A DNA stretch of 64,000 nt from Acutalibacteraceae bacterium (GTDB lineage Bacteria > Bacillota > Clostridia > Oscillospirales > Acutalibacteraceae), in NCBI GenBank assembly GCA_045587645.1, contig JAZNCO010000099.1:63398-127397 (forward strand), given 5' to 3'. The position numbers were made by a program, and so were the translations under genes. Positions 47,834-57,967 of this stretch are shown here, piece by piece. Within the stretch, counting starts at the first letter, position 1. The number at the start of each line of letters is the position of its first letter. Under the pieces are notes generated by a model. The model was not told where the DNA came from, did no database searches, and saw nothing but the letters and a program-made list of their open reading frames with translations.

Positions 47834-48592
47834 ATGCTAATGGTTTTTATGACGGCACTCGGGGTCGGATTTGCAACCGTTTTCGGTGCAATCATCGGGT
47901 TCATTATAAAAAAGCCGTCACACAAATTCAATGATATTATACTTGCTTTTGCTGCAGGTGTAATGTTGTCTGCCGCATTATTCGGCCTGATTGCCGAATC
48001 AATTGCTCTCGGCGGCAAACATGCCATATTTATAACAATTTTCGGCATTGTTGCTGGTGCCGCATGCATGATTCTGGTTGATAAACTGCTTCCTCATTTG
48101 CATAACTTATCGGGAAGCGAACAAGAATCGCATCCGAAGAACACGAATAGCATCAACAAGGTGTTGCTTTTTGTCATTGCAATCGCAATTCACAATCTCC
48201 CGGAGGGTCTTGCTGCAGGTGTTGGTTTCGGAACAGGTAACAATGCGCAAGCACTAAGCATAGCCGCAGGGATTGCATTACAGAATATTCCTGAAGGCAT
48301 GGTAATCATTGCACCAATGCTCTCAGTAGGCATTAAAAGACGGCGTGCATTTCTGATTGCATTGTTTACCGGTCTTATCGAAGTGATCGGTACACTCATC
48401 GGCTATCTCGGTGTGCATTTTTCTGAAGCTGCACTCCCCTTGGGGCTTGCTTTTGCAGGCGGTACCATGCTTTATGTTGTCAGCGATGAAATCATTCCGG
48501 AAACACACGCACACGGCAACGAACGAGCCGCTACACTCTCTCTTCTGATCGGATTCTGTGTTATGCTGTTGTTTGATTCGTTCGTAAGTTAA
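47834..48592 (+). CDS. ZIP family metal (zinc) transporter
   Basis: IAIHNLPEGLA and LQNIPEGM motifs, about 8 TM segments, 252 aa. Confidence 0.8.
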   Translation: MLMVFMTALGVGFATVFGAIIGFIIKKPSHKFNDIILAFAAGVMLSAALFGLIAESIALGGKHAIFITIFGIVAGAACMILVDKLLPHLHNLSGSEQESHPKNTNSINKVLLFVIAIAIHNLPEGLAAGVGFGTGNNAQALSIAAGIALQNIPEGMVIIAPMLSVGIKRRRAFLIALFTGLIEVIGTLIGYLGVHFSEAALPLGLAFAGGTMLYVVSDEIIPETHAHGNERAATLSLLIGFCVMLLFDSFVS

Positions 48593-48648
48593 TCTCTTCA
48601 TCAACTTTTATGTTTTTTACTTTACTTAATTCATTCTCATTATGCAAT

Positions 48649-48680
48649 AAACCGGGCTCAATGAACCCGGTTTATTTTTT
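48649..48680 (+). terminator. Rho-independent terminator after the ZIP transporter gene
   Basis: Stem AAACCGGG...CCCGGTTT followed by ATTTTTT. Confidence 0.75.
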
Positions 48681-48860
48681 ACTTTATAGGAAACTGCGTT
48701 CCTATAAAGCAAAAAAAATTATATGTCCCTCCGTCGCCCGTTGCACGTGCTCGGAGATGGACGAATCGAAAACGGTCGCCGCGTTACGGCGAAGCCGTTT
48801 TCTTGTGAATAAGTATATATTGATACAGAAATTATCGTACTATTTAGGTCCGAATAAAAA

Positions 48861-49577
48861 CTATATATCTTCTTTTTCGATTTCTTTTTTTAGTCTTTTC
48901 AGTATTTTCTTCTCAAGGCGTGAAATATAGCTTTGAGATATTCCCATCAAATCAGCAACCTCCTTTTGTGTATACTCTTTATTGCCGAACAGTCCGAAAC
49001 GAAGGGTAATGATATCCTTTTCTCTTGAAGGCAGCCTTGCAACACATTGCATCAACAATTGAATATCATCCTCATTTTCAAGATCAGCACCGACATTCTG
49101 CACAGGGTCTGTCAAAACATCACTGAAATGCAATTCATTGCCGTCCCAATCCGTATTCAACGGTTCGTCCAGCGAGACCTCATTACGAAGATTGCCATTC
49201 TTACGCAGATACATCAATATCTCATTACTGATACATCTACTTGCGTATGTAGCCAATTTAATATTTTTATCTGGGCAGAATGTATTTACAGCTTTGATCA
49301 AACCGATCGTGCCGATCGAAACAAGATCCTCTTGAGCAACACCTGTATTGTCAAATTTTTGCGCTATATAAACAACAAGGCGCAAATTATGCACAATTAA
49401 CGGCTCTCTCGCTGAATTATCACCATTTAATATTCGTTCAAGTAAATCATTTTCTTCATTGTTTTTAAGTGGAGCAGGAAGCACCTGCGGACCACTGACA
49501 TAATAGACTCCTCTATTTCCGATAAGCCATAAATATAATTTATAGATTCCTGACAGATTATCTGTTGCTATTTTCAT
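48861..49577 (-). CDS. sigE: Sporulation sigma factor pro-sigma-E
   Basis: Pro-sequence followed by [45 protein letters not shown] and [18 protein letters not shown]. It lies directly downstream of spoIIGA. Confidence 0.9.
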   Translation of the reverse strand: MKIATDNLSGIYKLYLWLIGNRGVYYVSGPQVLPAPLKNNEENDLLERILNGDNSAREPLIVHNLRLVVYIAQKFDNTGVAQEDLVSIGTIGLIKAVNTFCPDKNIKLATYASRCISNEILMYLRKNGNLRNEVSLDEPLNTDWDGNELHFSDVLTDPVQNVGADLENEDDIQLLMQCVARLPSREKDIITLRFGLFGNKEYTQKEVADLMGISQSYISRLEKKILKRLKKEIEKEDI

Positions 49578-50478
49578 TCAAACCCTCCTGTATGTCACCG
49601 GATATCAACAAAGACGGATGAAGCAGCATCCGACAATGTAATTCCTCAAAAGTATTATCAGTCAATGCAAGAATGCAATCATTGCTATTTATGATCTGCC
49701 TTCCCTTTATAATTTCCAAACGGTCAGGCTTTATCGTTGGCAACAAAGCACTGCCGGCTGCAAATCGAGTATAAACAACTGCTACGCGTGATTCCCAACC
49801 GTGTTCAAATGATTCTTCAAGCTGTGTATTTCCGTTTACAAAAAACCGCACTTGTTTTGGCATTAAAGGCAGCAATACATCTTTATTCAAAATACAAACC
49901 GGTTTACCGCTGAAGGGATCCAACAATGTATTACCACTATCAAACATTGCTGTCGTTTCAACATATACTCCATCAATATAGATTCTGACAGTGTATATCT
50001 CATTTGACGGCATTCGTTGGAAAAATAATATTATAAATTTCAACAACAAATAACATATACACATACCTATCAACAGAAACGGAAATTCAACATGGATATA
50101 AATATTAGCATTTTTAACATACACAAGAGAATTTTGAAAAAGATTCTCAAGCAAGAGCAATAATCCTGAAAATGAAATATTTACTGCAAAAAATGATATG
50201 GAAAATCTGACAATTTTACGAATGCTTCTTAAACTGAATGTCAGACACACAATACTTGTACACATAAAAAACTTTAACAAAACAGAGAGTAAGAAATGTA
50301 TTTCAGGAGCCAACACAATCAGCGAATAAATAGCACCGATAACTGAGCCGATGAACAATCGCAACTTTTTAACATACGTTCTTAATACAGCGCAAGTCAA
50401 CATCAATAAGACATAGGTAATCAACAGATTTACGATCAATAAAACATCGACATATATTATAGTTTTCAAATAATGCAC
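49558..50478 (-). CDS. spoIIGA: Sigma-E processing peptidase SpoIIGA
   Basis: Five N-terminal TM helices and a C-terminal aspartic protease region with DSGN ([11 protein letters not shown]). It overlaps the sigE start. Confidence 0.85.
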   Translation of the reverse strand: MHYLKTIIYVDVLLIVNLLITYVLLMLTCAVLRTYVKKLRLFIGSVIGAIYSLIVLAPEIHFLLSVLLKFFMCTSIVCLTFSLRSIRKIVRFSISFFAVNISFSGLLLLLENLFQNSLVYVKNANIYIHVEFPFLLIGMCICYLLLKFIILFFQRMPSNEIYTVRIYIDGVYVETTAMFDSGNTLLDPFSGKPVCILNKDVLLPLMPKQVRFFVNGNTQLEESFEHGWESRVAVVYTRFAAGSALLPTIKPDRLEIIKGRQIINSNDCILALTDNTFEELHCRMLLHPSLLISGDIQEGLNENSNR

Positions 50479-50528
50479 TCATTTCAGCTTCAACTGTACG
50501 TATTATATATCTATTGTTATCTGAAACA

Positions 50529-50535
50529 TGTCGAA
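50529..50535. promoter_or_regulatory. Candidate Spo0A box upstream of spoIIGA
   Basis: Exact TGTCGAA heptamer about 50 nt upstream of the spoIIGA start codon. Confidence 0.3.
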
Positions 50536-50546
50536 ACACGGTATCA

Positions 50547-50583
50547 ACAAAAAAAAGAGTGTTTGCCCTAAGACAAACACTCT
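50547..50583 (-). terminator. Rho-independent terminator after the M23 peptidase gene
   Basis: Minus strand has stem GAGTGTTTG...CAAACACTC followed by TTTTTTTT. Confidence 0.75.
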
Positions 50584-50596
50584 CATGTATTAAGTT

Positions 50597-51976
50597 TTAG
50601 TCGATAGAAACATAATTCAGCGGATTAACTTTTTCACCGTTTACACGAACCTCAAAGTGAACGTGCGCACCTGTAACATAGCCGGTGGAGCCGGACAATG
50701 CCACGACCTCCCCCTGAGAAACACGCTGACCTTCGCTGACAAGCAAAGAATTATTGTGTGCCATCAATGTGTAAACCCCTGTGTCGTGTGCAATCAGAAC
50801 ATAATATCCGTAAGAGGAATGCCATTCGGCTGTAACGACCGTACCGTCAGCCGCCGCAACAACATTCTGATTGGATGTGCCTGAATAACGGCAAAGGTCA
50901 ATTGCATAATGGTATTTATATGCACCTGTAGCAGGGTCTGTTCTTCCACCATACCCCGAAGAAATATAAACGTCGGAATACTGCGAAAGCGGATGAATAT
51001 AAGTACTGGAATAGTTACCACCGGTAGACGGCTCTTCAGACGGATCATCCGATGCTGGGGGGGTGGGATTAGAAGCACTGTATTCAGCAATCAAACGATC
51101 GATTTCATTATCAAACTCTTCACGCTCTGCATAATACATTTCAACAAGTGTATCATAGCCTTCCATATCGGAATTGAGCTTATCAATATTCATCATAGCT
51201 TCATGATAAAGCTCCTGCTGCTGTGACTGCGTATCCTCAAGCTTTGTTCTTGCGGCAATCACTTCATTCTGTTGTGCTTCAATGGCAGCCGTGTCTTTTT
51301 CAAGTTCCGTAATAACCACTTGTTGCTCATCAGCCTTTTCGCGGAATTTACCTTCAGCTTCGTTTGCACCTTCGATACTTTCCTGCATTGTGTTGATCAA
51401 TTTATCATCGCGTTCAGCAATAGAGTTAATCAACTCCAGACGAAGCAGGAAGGAATACAAGGACTGTGAATCAAGCAATGCTTCCAACTCAGTTGTTTCA
51501 CCGGTCATATACATATAACGCAATCTTTCAAGAAGAAGATTGTATGTATCCTCACTCAACTGCTGCAGGTCAAGTGCCTGCTTGCGGTACGTATACATAT
51601 CATTCTCAATACCGGCAAGAATAATTTCATTTTCACCGATTTTACCTTCAAGGACTACAATTTCTTCCTCGTAAGCATTGATGCTGGCATTCAATACATC
51701 AATCTGTGCAGACAAGTTATCCAGCTGCAATGTCAATTGTTCAACATAAGCCTGCTCATTTTCAATATCATCTGCAAGCTCATCCATTTTGGCTTCAGCG
51801 TCTGCAATTTTGTCATCCAATTCAGCTTGCTGATTGCGAAGATCTTCAATTTCTGCTCTCTCTTCATCAGAAAGATCTGCTTCACTGGCACCTGCAAGAA
51901 ATGCAAAAGAACCGAAAGCAACGAGCAGCGCAGTACACAATGCAAGAATACGAGTATACTTTTTATTCATTTTCAT
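50597..51976 (-). CDS. Coiled-coil M23 (LytM) peptidase, EnvC/PcsB-like partner of FtsEX
   Basis: Signal/anchor, a long heptad-rich region and a C-terminal M23 domain (HYAIDL...GAHVHFEV). It overlaps the ftsX stop. The start among the clustered Met codons is uncertain. Confidence 0.8.
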   Translation of the reverse strand: MKMNKKYTRILALCTALLVAFGSFAFLAGASEADLSDEERAEIEDLRNQQAELDDKIADAEAKMDELADDIENEQAYVEQLTLQLDNLSAQIDVLNASINAYEEEIVVLEGKIGENEIILAGIENDMYTYRKQALDLQQLSEDTYNLLLERLRYMYMTGETTELEALLDSQSLYSFLLRLELINSIAERDDKLINTMQESIEGANEAEGKFREKADEQQVVITELEKDTAAIEAQQNEVIAARTKLEDTQSQQQELYHEAMMNIDKLNSDMEGYDTLVEMYYAEREEFDNEIDRLIAEYSASNPTPPASDDPSEEPSTGGNYSSTYIHPLSQYSDVYISSGYGGRTDPATGAYKYHYAIDLCRYSGTSNQNVVAAADGTVVTAEWHSSYGYYVLIAHDTGVYTLMAHNNSLLVSEGQRVSQGEVVALSGSTGYVTGAHVHFEVRVNGEKVNPLNYVSID

Positions 51977-52901
51977 CATTGAGAACCACACCTCCCTGTT
52001 CCTTTAAATACTTTCCAATGCTGAATACACTACCCAAACCACCTGTAAATACGCTGACAACAAGGAAACCAAGGAAAATCGGAATAGCATATATTGCGAA
52101 ACCTACAACTTCGGAATTGAAAATACTGAATACATTCTGCAGTGCTGTACCTGCAATTGTATACAGCCCGAAAAGCAGAAGAATGCTGATGCAGGCTGAA
52201 ATAACACCGATCACAACACCCTCAACAATGAAAGGCAGACGGATAAACCAATTTGTTGCACCAACAGCCTTCATAATGCTGATTTCAAGCCTTCTCGAGT
52301 GCATGGTGATACGGATGGTGTTAGCGATAATAAACAAAGCAACGAAGAACAGCATCAGAATGATAGCAATGCTGATATATGTAATTGCTTCGCTGATATT
52401 CTGCAAACGTACAGCAAGGTCAGAATTCTGACGAACATGAATCACCTGCGGCAATTCCTGAATCTGTGCAACCGTATTTTCAAACAGATCCATGTCTTTT
52501 ACAGTCACTTTAAAACCGTCAGGCAAAAAGTCTGCATCTGCTTCCGATAAGACAGAAGCGTTTTCATTCAACTCTTCAACAATTGTCTGAAAACCTTCTT
52601 CACGGCTTACGAAAACAATTTCATCGATATTATCAATATTTTTTATTGCAATTTCACATGTGTCAATATATGATTCTCTGTTAACATCTTCCGGTGCATC
52701 ATCAACAAAAACCATAATAACATTCTGTTGACCTACCTGCTCAACGGCTGATTGCACATTTATGAAAATCATACAAGCGCTTCCGATCATAACCAGACAA
52801 GCAACCAGAACCGCTATGGATGCAACAGACATCAGTCTGTTTGCATGAATATTTCTGAATCCTTCCGAAATCAGATATCGGATACTACCTCTTTGTCTCA
52901 T
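51963..52901 (-). CDS. ftsX: Cell division permease-like protein FtsX
   Basis: Four-TM topology with a large extracellular loop, in the position after ftsE. The ATG at 52901 is preceded by GAGGAG. Confidence 0.85.
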   Translation of the reverse strand: MRQRGSIRYLISEGFRNIHANRLMSVASIAVLVACLVMIGSACMIFINVQSAVEQVGQQNVIMVFVDDAPEDVNRESYIDTCEIAIKNIDNIDEIVFVSREEGFQTIVEELNENASVLSEADADFLPDGFKVTVKDMDLFENTVAQIQELPQVIHVRQNSDLAVRLQNISEAITYISIAIILMLFFVALFIIANTIRITMHSRRLEISIMKAVGATNWFIRLPFIVEGVVIGVISACISILLLFGLYTIAGTALQNVFSIFNSEVVGFAIYAIPIFLGFLVVSVFTGGLGSVFSIGKYLKEQGGVVLNDENE

Positions 52902-52915
52902 ATTGCCATCTCCTC

Positions 52916-53842
52916 TCAATTCTCTGCATTGCTGTCAGCATCACCTGCATCAGTTACAACAGGCGGACGGAGATCGGCTGTAATTTCAACATTGATATCC
53001 TCAGACATATCGGCAAACATGACTTCTGCTGTATCTTCGTCATCTTCACCGTCTTCATGACCGTAGGACTGCAGGAAATCTTCAATTTCCACATTTTCTG
53101 TGGGGGGATGATAAAATCCGCTGGGTGCAGCGAGATTCACATCTTCAACATCACCGATTTCTTCAGCGATTTCGGGATGTGCGGTATCAGATACAACGCA
53201 ACCGCTTTTAATCGTAATCGTTCTTTTGTTGTACTGTTTGACAAGGTCATGCTCATGCGTAACCATAACAATAGTTGTTCCGTTGTTGATGTTGATATGA
53301 TTCAGCAGATCAACAATTTCTTTGGACATTTCAGGGTCAATATTACCCGTCGGCTCGTCGGCAATGATAATTTCAGCCTTATTGACCAATGCTCTTGCAA
53401 GAGCAACACGCTGCTGTTCACCACCCGAAAGCTCATTCGGATAATTCTTCGCTTTGCCGGTAAGACCGACAAGGCTGAGCGCGTATGCCACACGGCGGGA
53501 AATTTCTTTTGATTTTGCGCCTGTACAGTACAATGCAAAAGCCACATTGTCATATACGGTCATCGTAGGAATCAGACGGAAATCCTGAAAAACGATACCG
53601 AGTGTTCTTCTGAAATAGGGAATTTTTCTGGGCTTGATGTGAACGAGATCCACACCGTTGACCACTACAGAGCCGGAGCTGGGTAATTCTTCACGCATCA
53701 GCGTTTTCAGGAAGGTACTCTTTCCTGCACCGGATGCACCGAGAATAAAAACGAACTCACCCTTTTCAATATGCAAGGAAACATCATTCAGGGCTTTTGT
53801 GCCGTTTTTGTACGTTTTTGTTACATTTTTAAATTCAATCAT
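52916..53842 (-). CDS. ftsE: Cell division ATP-binding protein FtsE with an acidic C-terminal extension
   Basis: MIEFKNVTKTY, Walker A GASGAGKST, signature LSGGEQQR and Walker B IIIADEPTG. The ATG at 53842 is preceded by GGGAGG. About 80-90 extra acidic residues follow the ABC domain. Confidence 0.85.
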   Translation of the reverse strand: MIEFKNVTKTYKNGTKALNDVSLHIEKGEFVFILGASGAGKSTFLKTLMREELPSSGSVVVNGVDLVHIKPRKIPYFRRTLGIVFQDFRLIPTMTVYDNVAFALYCTGAKSKEISRRVAYALSLVGLTGKAKNYPNELSGGEQQRVALARALVNKAEIIIADEPTGNIDPEMSKEIVDLLNHININNGTTIVMVTHEHDLVKQYNKRTITIKSGCVVSDTAHPEIAEEIGDVEDVNLAAPSGFYHPPTENVEIEDFLQSYGHEDGEDDEDTAEVMFADMSEDINVEITADLRPPVVTDAGDADSNAEN

Positions 53843-53942
53843 AAATCCTCCCGGTTTGTTAAAACCGTATCGGGGGTGCCATTCCCCGTTTGTATTCAAA
53901 TCCAATATATAATTTTACAATTTATTCTTAAATATTACTGAA

Positions 53943-55028
53943 TCAATATTTGATGGGCGAAGTATCGATATACTTCTTAACCATCAAAGCAACCTTAAAT
54001 ACGATTGCGTCATCAAATTCACGCAGATCCAATCCGGTTAACTTGCGAATTTTTTCAAGACGATACACTAGGGTATTTCTGTGAACAAACAGTTTTCTGG
54101 AGGTTTCAGATACATTCAGGTTGTTTTCAAAGAACTTCTGAATTGTGAACAAAGTTTCATGATCGAGCGTTTCAATAGAGCCGCGTTTGAATACTTCACG
54201 CAAGAACATGTCACAAAGTGTGGTAGGCAACTGATAAATCAGACGAGCAATACCGAGATTCTCATAACTGACAATTGTCTTTTCGGTATCAAAGACCTTG
54301 CCGACCTCAAGCGACATCTGCGCCTCCTTGAAGCTCTTTGCAAGTTCGCGGATACTTCTGATGACAGTACCGATACCGGCAACAATCTGAACGGTGGTTT
54401 CAGCGGCAAGTGCATCAACAATGGAGCGAGCAAGTTTTTCAAGATCCTTTGCTTCTGTTCCGGCAGCAACTTCTTTTATAATTGCAATATCCGTTTCATT
54501 GATATTAACAACAAAGTCCTTGTTCTTATCCGGGAACAAGCTTTGTACGGTATCAAACAAGGAAGCATCTCCGCTTTCGGCAAGTCTGATAAGAATAACA
54601 CAACGCTGTGCCTCATTATTAAAATGCAATTCTCTTGATTTAAGATAAATATCACCGGGCAGAATATTATCAAGCATTACATTTTTAATAAAATTACTGC
54701 GGTCATATTTCTCATCATAAAACTGCTTGATACTCATCAAAGAAACGACAAGAATGGATGCATATTTTTCGGAAAGCATGTCAGTTCCTTCAACAAAAAC
54801 AGCATATTCAGGCTGAACGGGAGAGCCGAAGCAACAATATGTATACCCCCCTGTAGTCAGGGTCTGTCCTGCTGAAAAAACAGTTATAGGAGCAACACCA
54901 CTGCTTTCTCCAATTTTGCTGAGCTCGCTGCATGCAATCACGGTTCCGCCTTCATCAACAATACCGATCGTGCGACCGACCGAATCCTTCATCTGATGAA
55001 TAACACCTTGAAACAGTCTGTTCGACAT
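53943..55028 (-). CDS. PucR/CdaR family transcriptional regulator
   Basis: C-terminal HTH region SETSRKLFVHRNTLVYRLEKIRKLTGLDL. Confidence 0.75.
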   Translation of the reverse strand: MSNRLFQGVIHQMKDSVGRTIGIVDEGGTVIACSELSKIGESSGVAPITVFSAGQTLTTGGYTYCCFGSPVQPEYAVFVEGTDMLSEKYASILVVSLMSIKQFYDEKYDRSNFIKNVMLDNILPGDIYLKSRELHFNNEAQRCVILIRLAESGDASLFDTVQSLFPDKNKDFVVNINETDIAIIKEVAAGTEAKDLEKLARSIVDALAAETTVQIVAGIGTVIRSIRELAKSFKEAQMSLEVGKVFDTEKTIVSYENLGIARLIYQLPTTLCDMFLREVFKRGSIETLDHETLFTIQKFFENNLNVSETSRKLFVHRNTLVYRLEKIRKLTGLDLREFDDAIVFKVALMVKKYIDTSPIKY

Positions 55029-55294
55029 AAGAAATCTCCTTTGTTTTGGATTTTATGCAAAATCACAACATTTCAAGATTATTATACATTTACTTTTTCC
55101 AAATTGCAAGTCTTTTTTGAGAAATTAGTACAATATTTTCGTTTTTCTTTGAGCAATTTGCATTATAAATGCCCTTTTAGACAAAAAAGTTCACAACATT
55201 TTGTAGTGTTTTTTAAGCATATTGTCCATTGTGAAAAATGACCAACCACAATATATTGTTATGCATCAGAAAAAATATACCTTAAACATTTTGA

Positions 55295-55338
55295 CCAAAA
55301 ATAAGAAAGACTTGCCGACATTTTTTTTCGACAAGTCT
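55295..55338 (-). terminator. Rho-independent terminator after the pyridoxal kinase gene
   Basis: Minus strand has a 10-bp stem AGACUUGUCG/CGGCAAGUCU (one G-U pair) followed by TTCTTATTTTT. Confidence 0.6.
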
Positions 55339-55359
55339 GCATTTTTATCATATTATCAA

Positions 55360-56190
55360 TTATTTCGTAAGCAGATGAAGGCACTTTTCAAACTTCACTG
55401 AATACCAATGTCTTTCAATATCATCCATGGTTGCCTTAACACATTCACATACAAAGTCACATGCAAGCGCCGCAGAATCAAGCAAGGATTTTCCGTTCAT
55501 ATAGGCACCTGTAAAAACAGAGGCATACACATCACCTGTACCATGCATTGCAACCGGCAATCTTTCTGTAAAGTATTCACCGTATTCGCCTGTCAAAGAA
55601 TCATAGGTGGTACAACCTAGTTTATGTTCCTCGTAACTGACACCGGTCAAAACAACCTTTTTTGCTCCAAGCTCTGCAAGACGAAGAAGCAATGCCTTAA
55701 TGCCGTCACGATCATAATTTTCATTATATTCTTCGCCAAGCATAAATGTAGCTTCGGTAAGATTTGGTACAATAACATCAGCCTTTGCACAAAGCTTTCC
55801 CATTTCGATTGCAAACTCAGGAGTAAACCCCGGATAAAGCTTGCCATGATCTGCCATAACAGGATCAATAACTACATTCAAGGAATCAGTTTTAAAATCA
55901 TCAATCATATCGGAAACAAAACGAAGCTGTGATAAAGAACCGAGGTATCCGGTGTAAATTGCATCCAATTCCACCTTTTCCTTTTTCCAATGTGCAGTAA
56001 TTTTCGGCAACTCATCCGTTAGATCATGAAATGTATAACCATTGAAGCCAGTGGTATGGGTCGATAAAACAGCAGTCGGAACACAGGCAACTTCAATTCC
56101 CATGGCTGATAAAACAGGCAAAGCAACTGTCAGTGAGCACTTTCCTATACAAGAAATATCATGTACGGCAGCACAACGCTTGATTCTCAT
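55360..56190 (-). CDS. pdxK: Pyridoxal/pyridoxamine kinase
   Basis: Ribokinase-like fold. HDISCIGKCSLTVALPVLSAMG and the C-terminal GTGDVYASVF motif are present. Confidence 0.75.
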   Translation of the reverse strand: MRIKRCAAVHDISCIGKCSLTVALPVLSAMGIEVACVPTAVLSTHTTGFNGYTFHDLTDELPKITAHWKKEKVELDAIYTGYLGSLSQLRFVSDMIDDFKTDSLNVVIDPVMADHGKLYPGFTPEFAIEMGKLCAKADVIVPNLTEATFMLGEEYNENYDRDGIKALLLRLAELGAKKVVLTGVSYEEHKLGCTTYDSLTGEYGEYFTERLPVAMHGTGDVYASVFTGAYMNGKSLLDSAALACDFVCECVKATMDDIERHWYSVKFEKCLHLLTK

Positions 56191-56364
56191 TATACACCCT
56201 TCGTTTCCTGATAGTTTCATTTTATATCCATATTATACACAAAATTCAAACTGAAATAAATAGTCAGTATCCGTATTTATTAAAAGGTCAGTTTACTTTA
56301 GCAAAATTCATAAAAATGCATCAGGATTAGTTAAAAATATTTTAATTTTTTCTTAATCTGTTGA

Positions 56365-56393
56365 TTGACTTAATGAAATGAACATTGTATAAT
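56365..56393 (+). promoter_or_regulatory. Sigma-A promoter of guaB
   Basis: TTGACT, a 17-nt spacer, then TATAAT. Confidence 0.6.
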
Positions 56394-56435
56394 GTATGCT
56401 AATATAAAATCAACTTAATGAGGAGGAATACCGTA

Positions 56436-57938
56436 ATGGCACACTACTACAACGAACCGTCTCATACCTTCAGTGAGTATCTTCTGATTCCCGGGTACAC
56501 AAGCGAAACCTGCATCCCTGCAAATGTTTCGCTGCGCACACCACTTGTCAAATTCAAAAAAGGTGAAGAACCCGCTATTTCTCTGAACATTCCAATGACA
56601 TCCGCAATCATGCAATCTGTTTCCAATGATACACTCGCAATTGCTCTTGCAAAAGAAGGCGGTATGTCCTTTATCTATGGCTCACAGTCCATTGAAGATG
56701 AAGCAGCCATGGTTGCCCGCGTCAAAAACTACAAAGCCGGCTTTGTTGTCAGCGACTCCAATCTGACCCCCGATCACACCCTTGCTGATGTTCTTTCTCT
56801 GTTTGAACTGACCCATCATTCCACAGTTGCAGTAACCGACAACGGTGAAGCAAACGGCAAGCTGCTCGGTGTTGTCACAAGCCGTGACTACCGTGTCAGC
56901 CGTATGGATCCCGAAACCAAGGTCAATGAGTTCATGACTCCCATTGAAAAACTCATCACGGCTCCCCTGTCCACAACTCTCAAGGAAGCCAATGATATCA
57001 TCTGGGAACACAAACTTAATTCCCTTCCTATTGTTGATGATAAGGGTAATCTTGTTTACTTCGTATTCCGCAAAGACTATTCAAGCCACAAAGAAAATCC
57101 CAACGAGCTGCTTGACTCTCAGAAAAGGTTTATGGTCGGTGCTGGTATCAACACCAAGGACTACGAGGAACGCGTTCCTGCTCTTGTTGAAGCCGGAGCG
57201 GATGTTCTGTGTATTGACTCATCCGAAGGATATTCCATCTGGCAGAAGCGTACAATCGATTTTATCCGTGAAAAATACGGCGACTCTGTCAAGGTCGGTG
57301 CCGGTAATGTAGTTGATGCTGACGGCTTCCGTTTTCTTGCAGATGCAGGTGCAGACTTTATTAAAATCGGTATCGGCGGCGGATCCATCTGCATCACCCG
57401 TGAACAAAAGGGTATCGGCAGAGGCCAGGCAACTGCAGTAATTGAAGTGGCTGCCGAACGCGATAAATATTTTGAAGAAACCGGTGTTTATATTCCGCTT
57501 TGTTCAGACGGCGGTATTGTTCATGACTACCATATGACACTCGCCCTTGCAATGGGAGCAGACTTCATGATGCTCGGCAGATACTTTGCCCGCTTTGATG
57601 AAAGCCCCACAAACAAGCTTATCGTAAACGGCCAGTATGTGAAGGAATATTGGGGAGAAGGCTCCAACCGCGCTCGCAATTGGCAGCGTTATGACCTCGG
57701 CGGCAAAACAACTCTTTCATTTGAAGAAGGTGTTGACTCCTATGTAACTTATGCCGGTTCCCTTCGTGACAATGTGGCAAAGAGTCTTTATAAAGTGAAA
57801 TCCACCATGTGCAACTGCGGCGTTACCAATATTCCCGATCTGCAGAGAGATGCAAAGATGACACTCGTTTCAGCTACCAGTATTGTTGAAGGCGGTTATC
57901 ACGATGTAACGCTCAAGAATGCAAGCACACCTATCTGA
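56436..57938 (+). CDS. guaB: IMP dehydrogenase
   Basis: [12 protein letters not shown], a CBS pair and the catalytic loop [24 protein letters not shown]. The ATG at 56436 follows GAGGAGG. Confidence 0.88.
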   Translation: MAHYYNEPSHTFSEYLLIPGYTSETCIPANVSLRTPLVKFKKGEEPAISLNIPMTSAIMQSVSNDTLAIALAKEGGMSFIYGSQSIEDEAAMVARVKNYKAGFVVSDSNLTPDHTLADVLSLFELTHHSTVAVTDNGEANGKLLGVVTSRDYRVSRMDPETKVNEFMTPIEKLITAPLSTTLKEANDIIWEHKLNSLPIVDDKGNLVYFVFRKDYSSHKENPNELLDSQKRFMVGAGINTKDYEERVPALVEAGADVLCIDSSEGYSIWQKRTIDFIREKYGDSVKVGAGNVVDADGFRFLADAGADFIKIGIGGGSICITREQKGIGRGQATAVIEVAAERDKYFEETGVYIPLCSDGGIVHDYHMTLALAMGADFMMLGRYFARFDESPTNKLIVNGQYVKEYWGEGSNRARNWQRYDLGGKTTLSFEEGVDSYVTYAGSLRDNVAKSLYKVKSTMCNCGVTNIPDLQRDAKMTLVSATSIVEGGYHDVTLKNASTPI

Positions 57939-57967
57939 TTAAATTTGATTATACGGAGGTTTCAGAA

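Noticed and set aside
51706-52431. 241-aa plus-strand ORF spanning the ftsX / M23 peptidase junction
   Set aside because: It is antisense to two well-supported genes, and its composition is consistent with a shadow frame.
56221-56435. Purine/guanine riboswitch upstream of guaB
   Set aside because: I looked for the conserved purine-aptamer three-way junction sequences and found none. The region is explained by a TTGACT-17-TATAAT promoter and a short leader.
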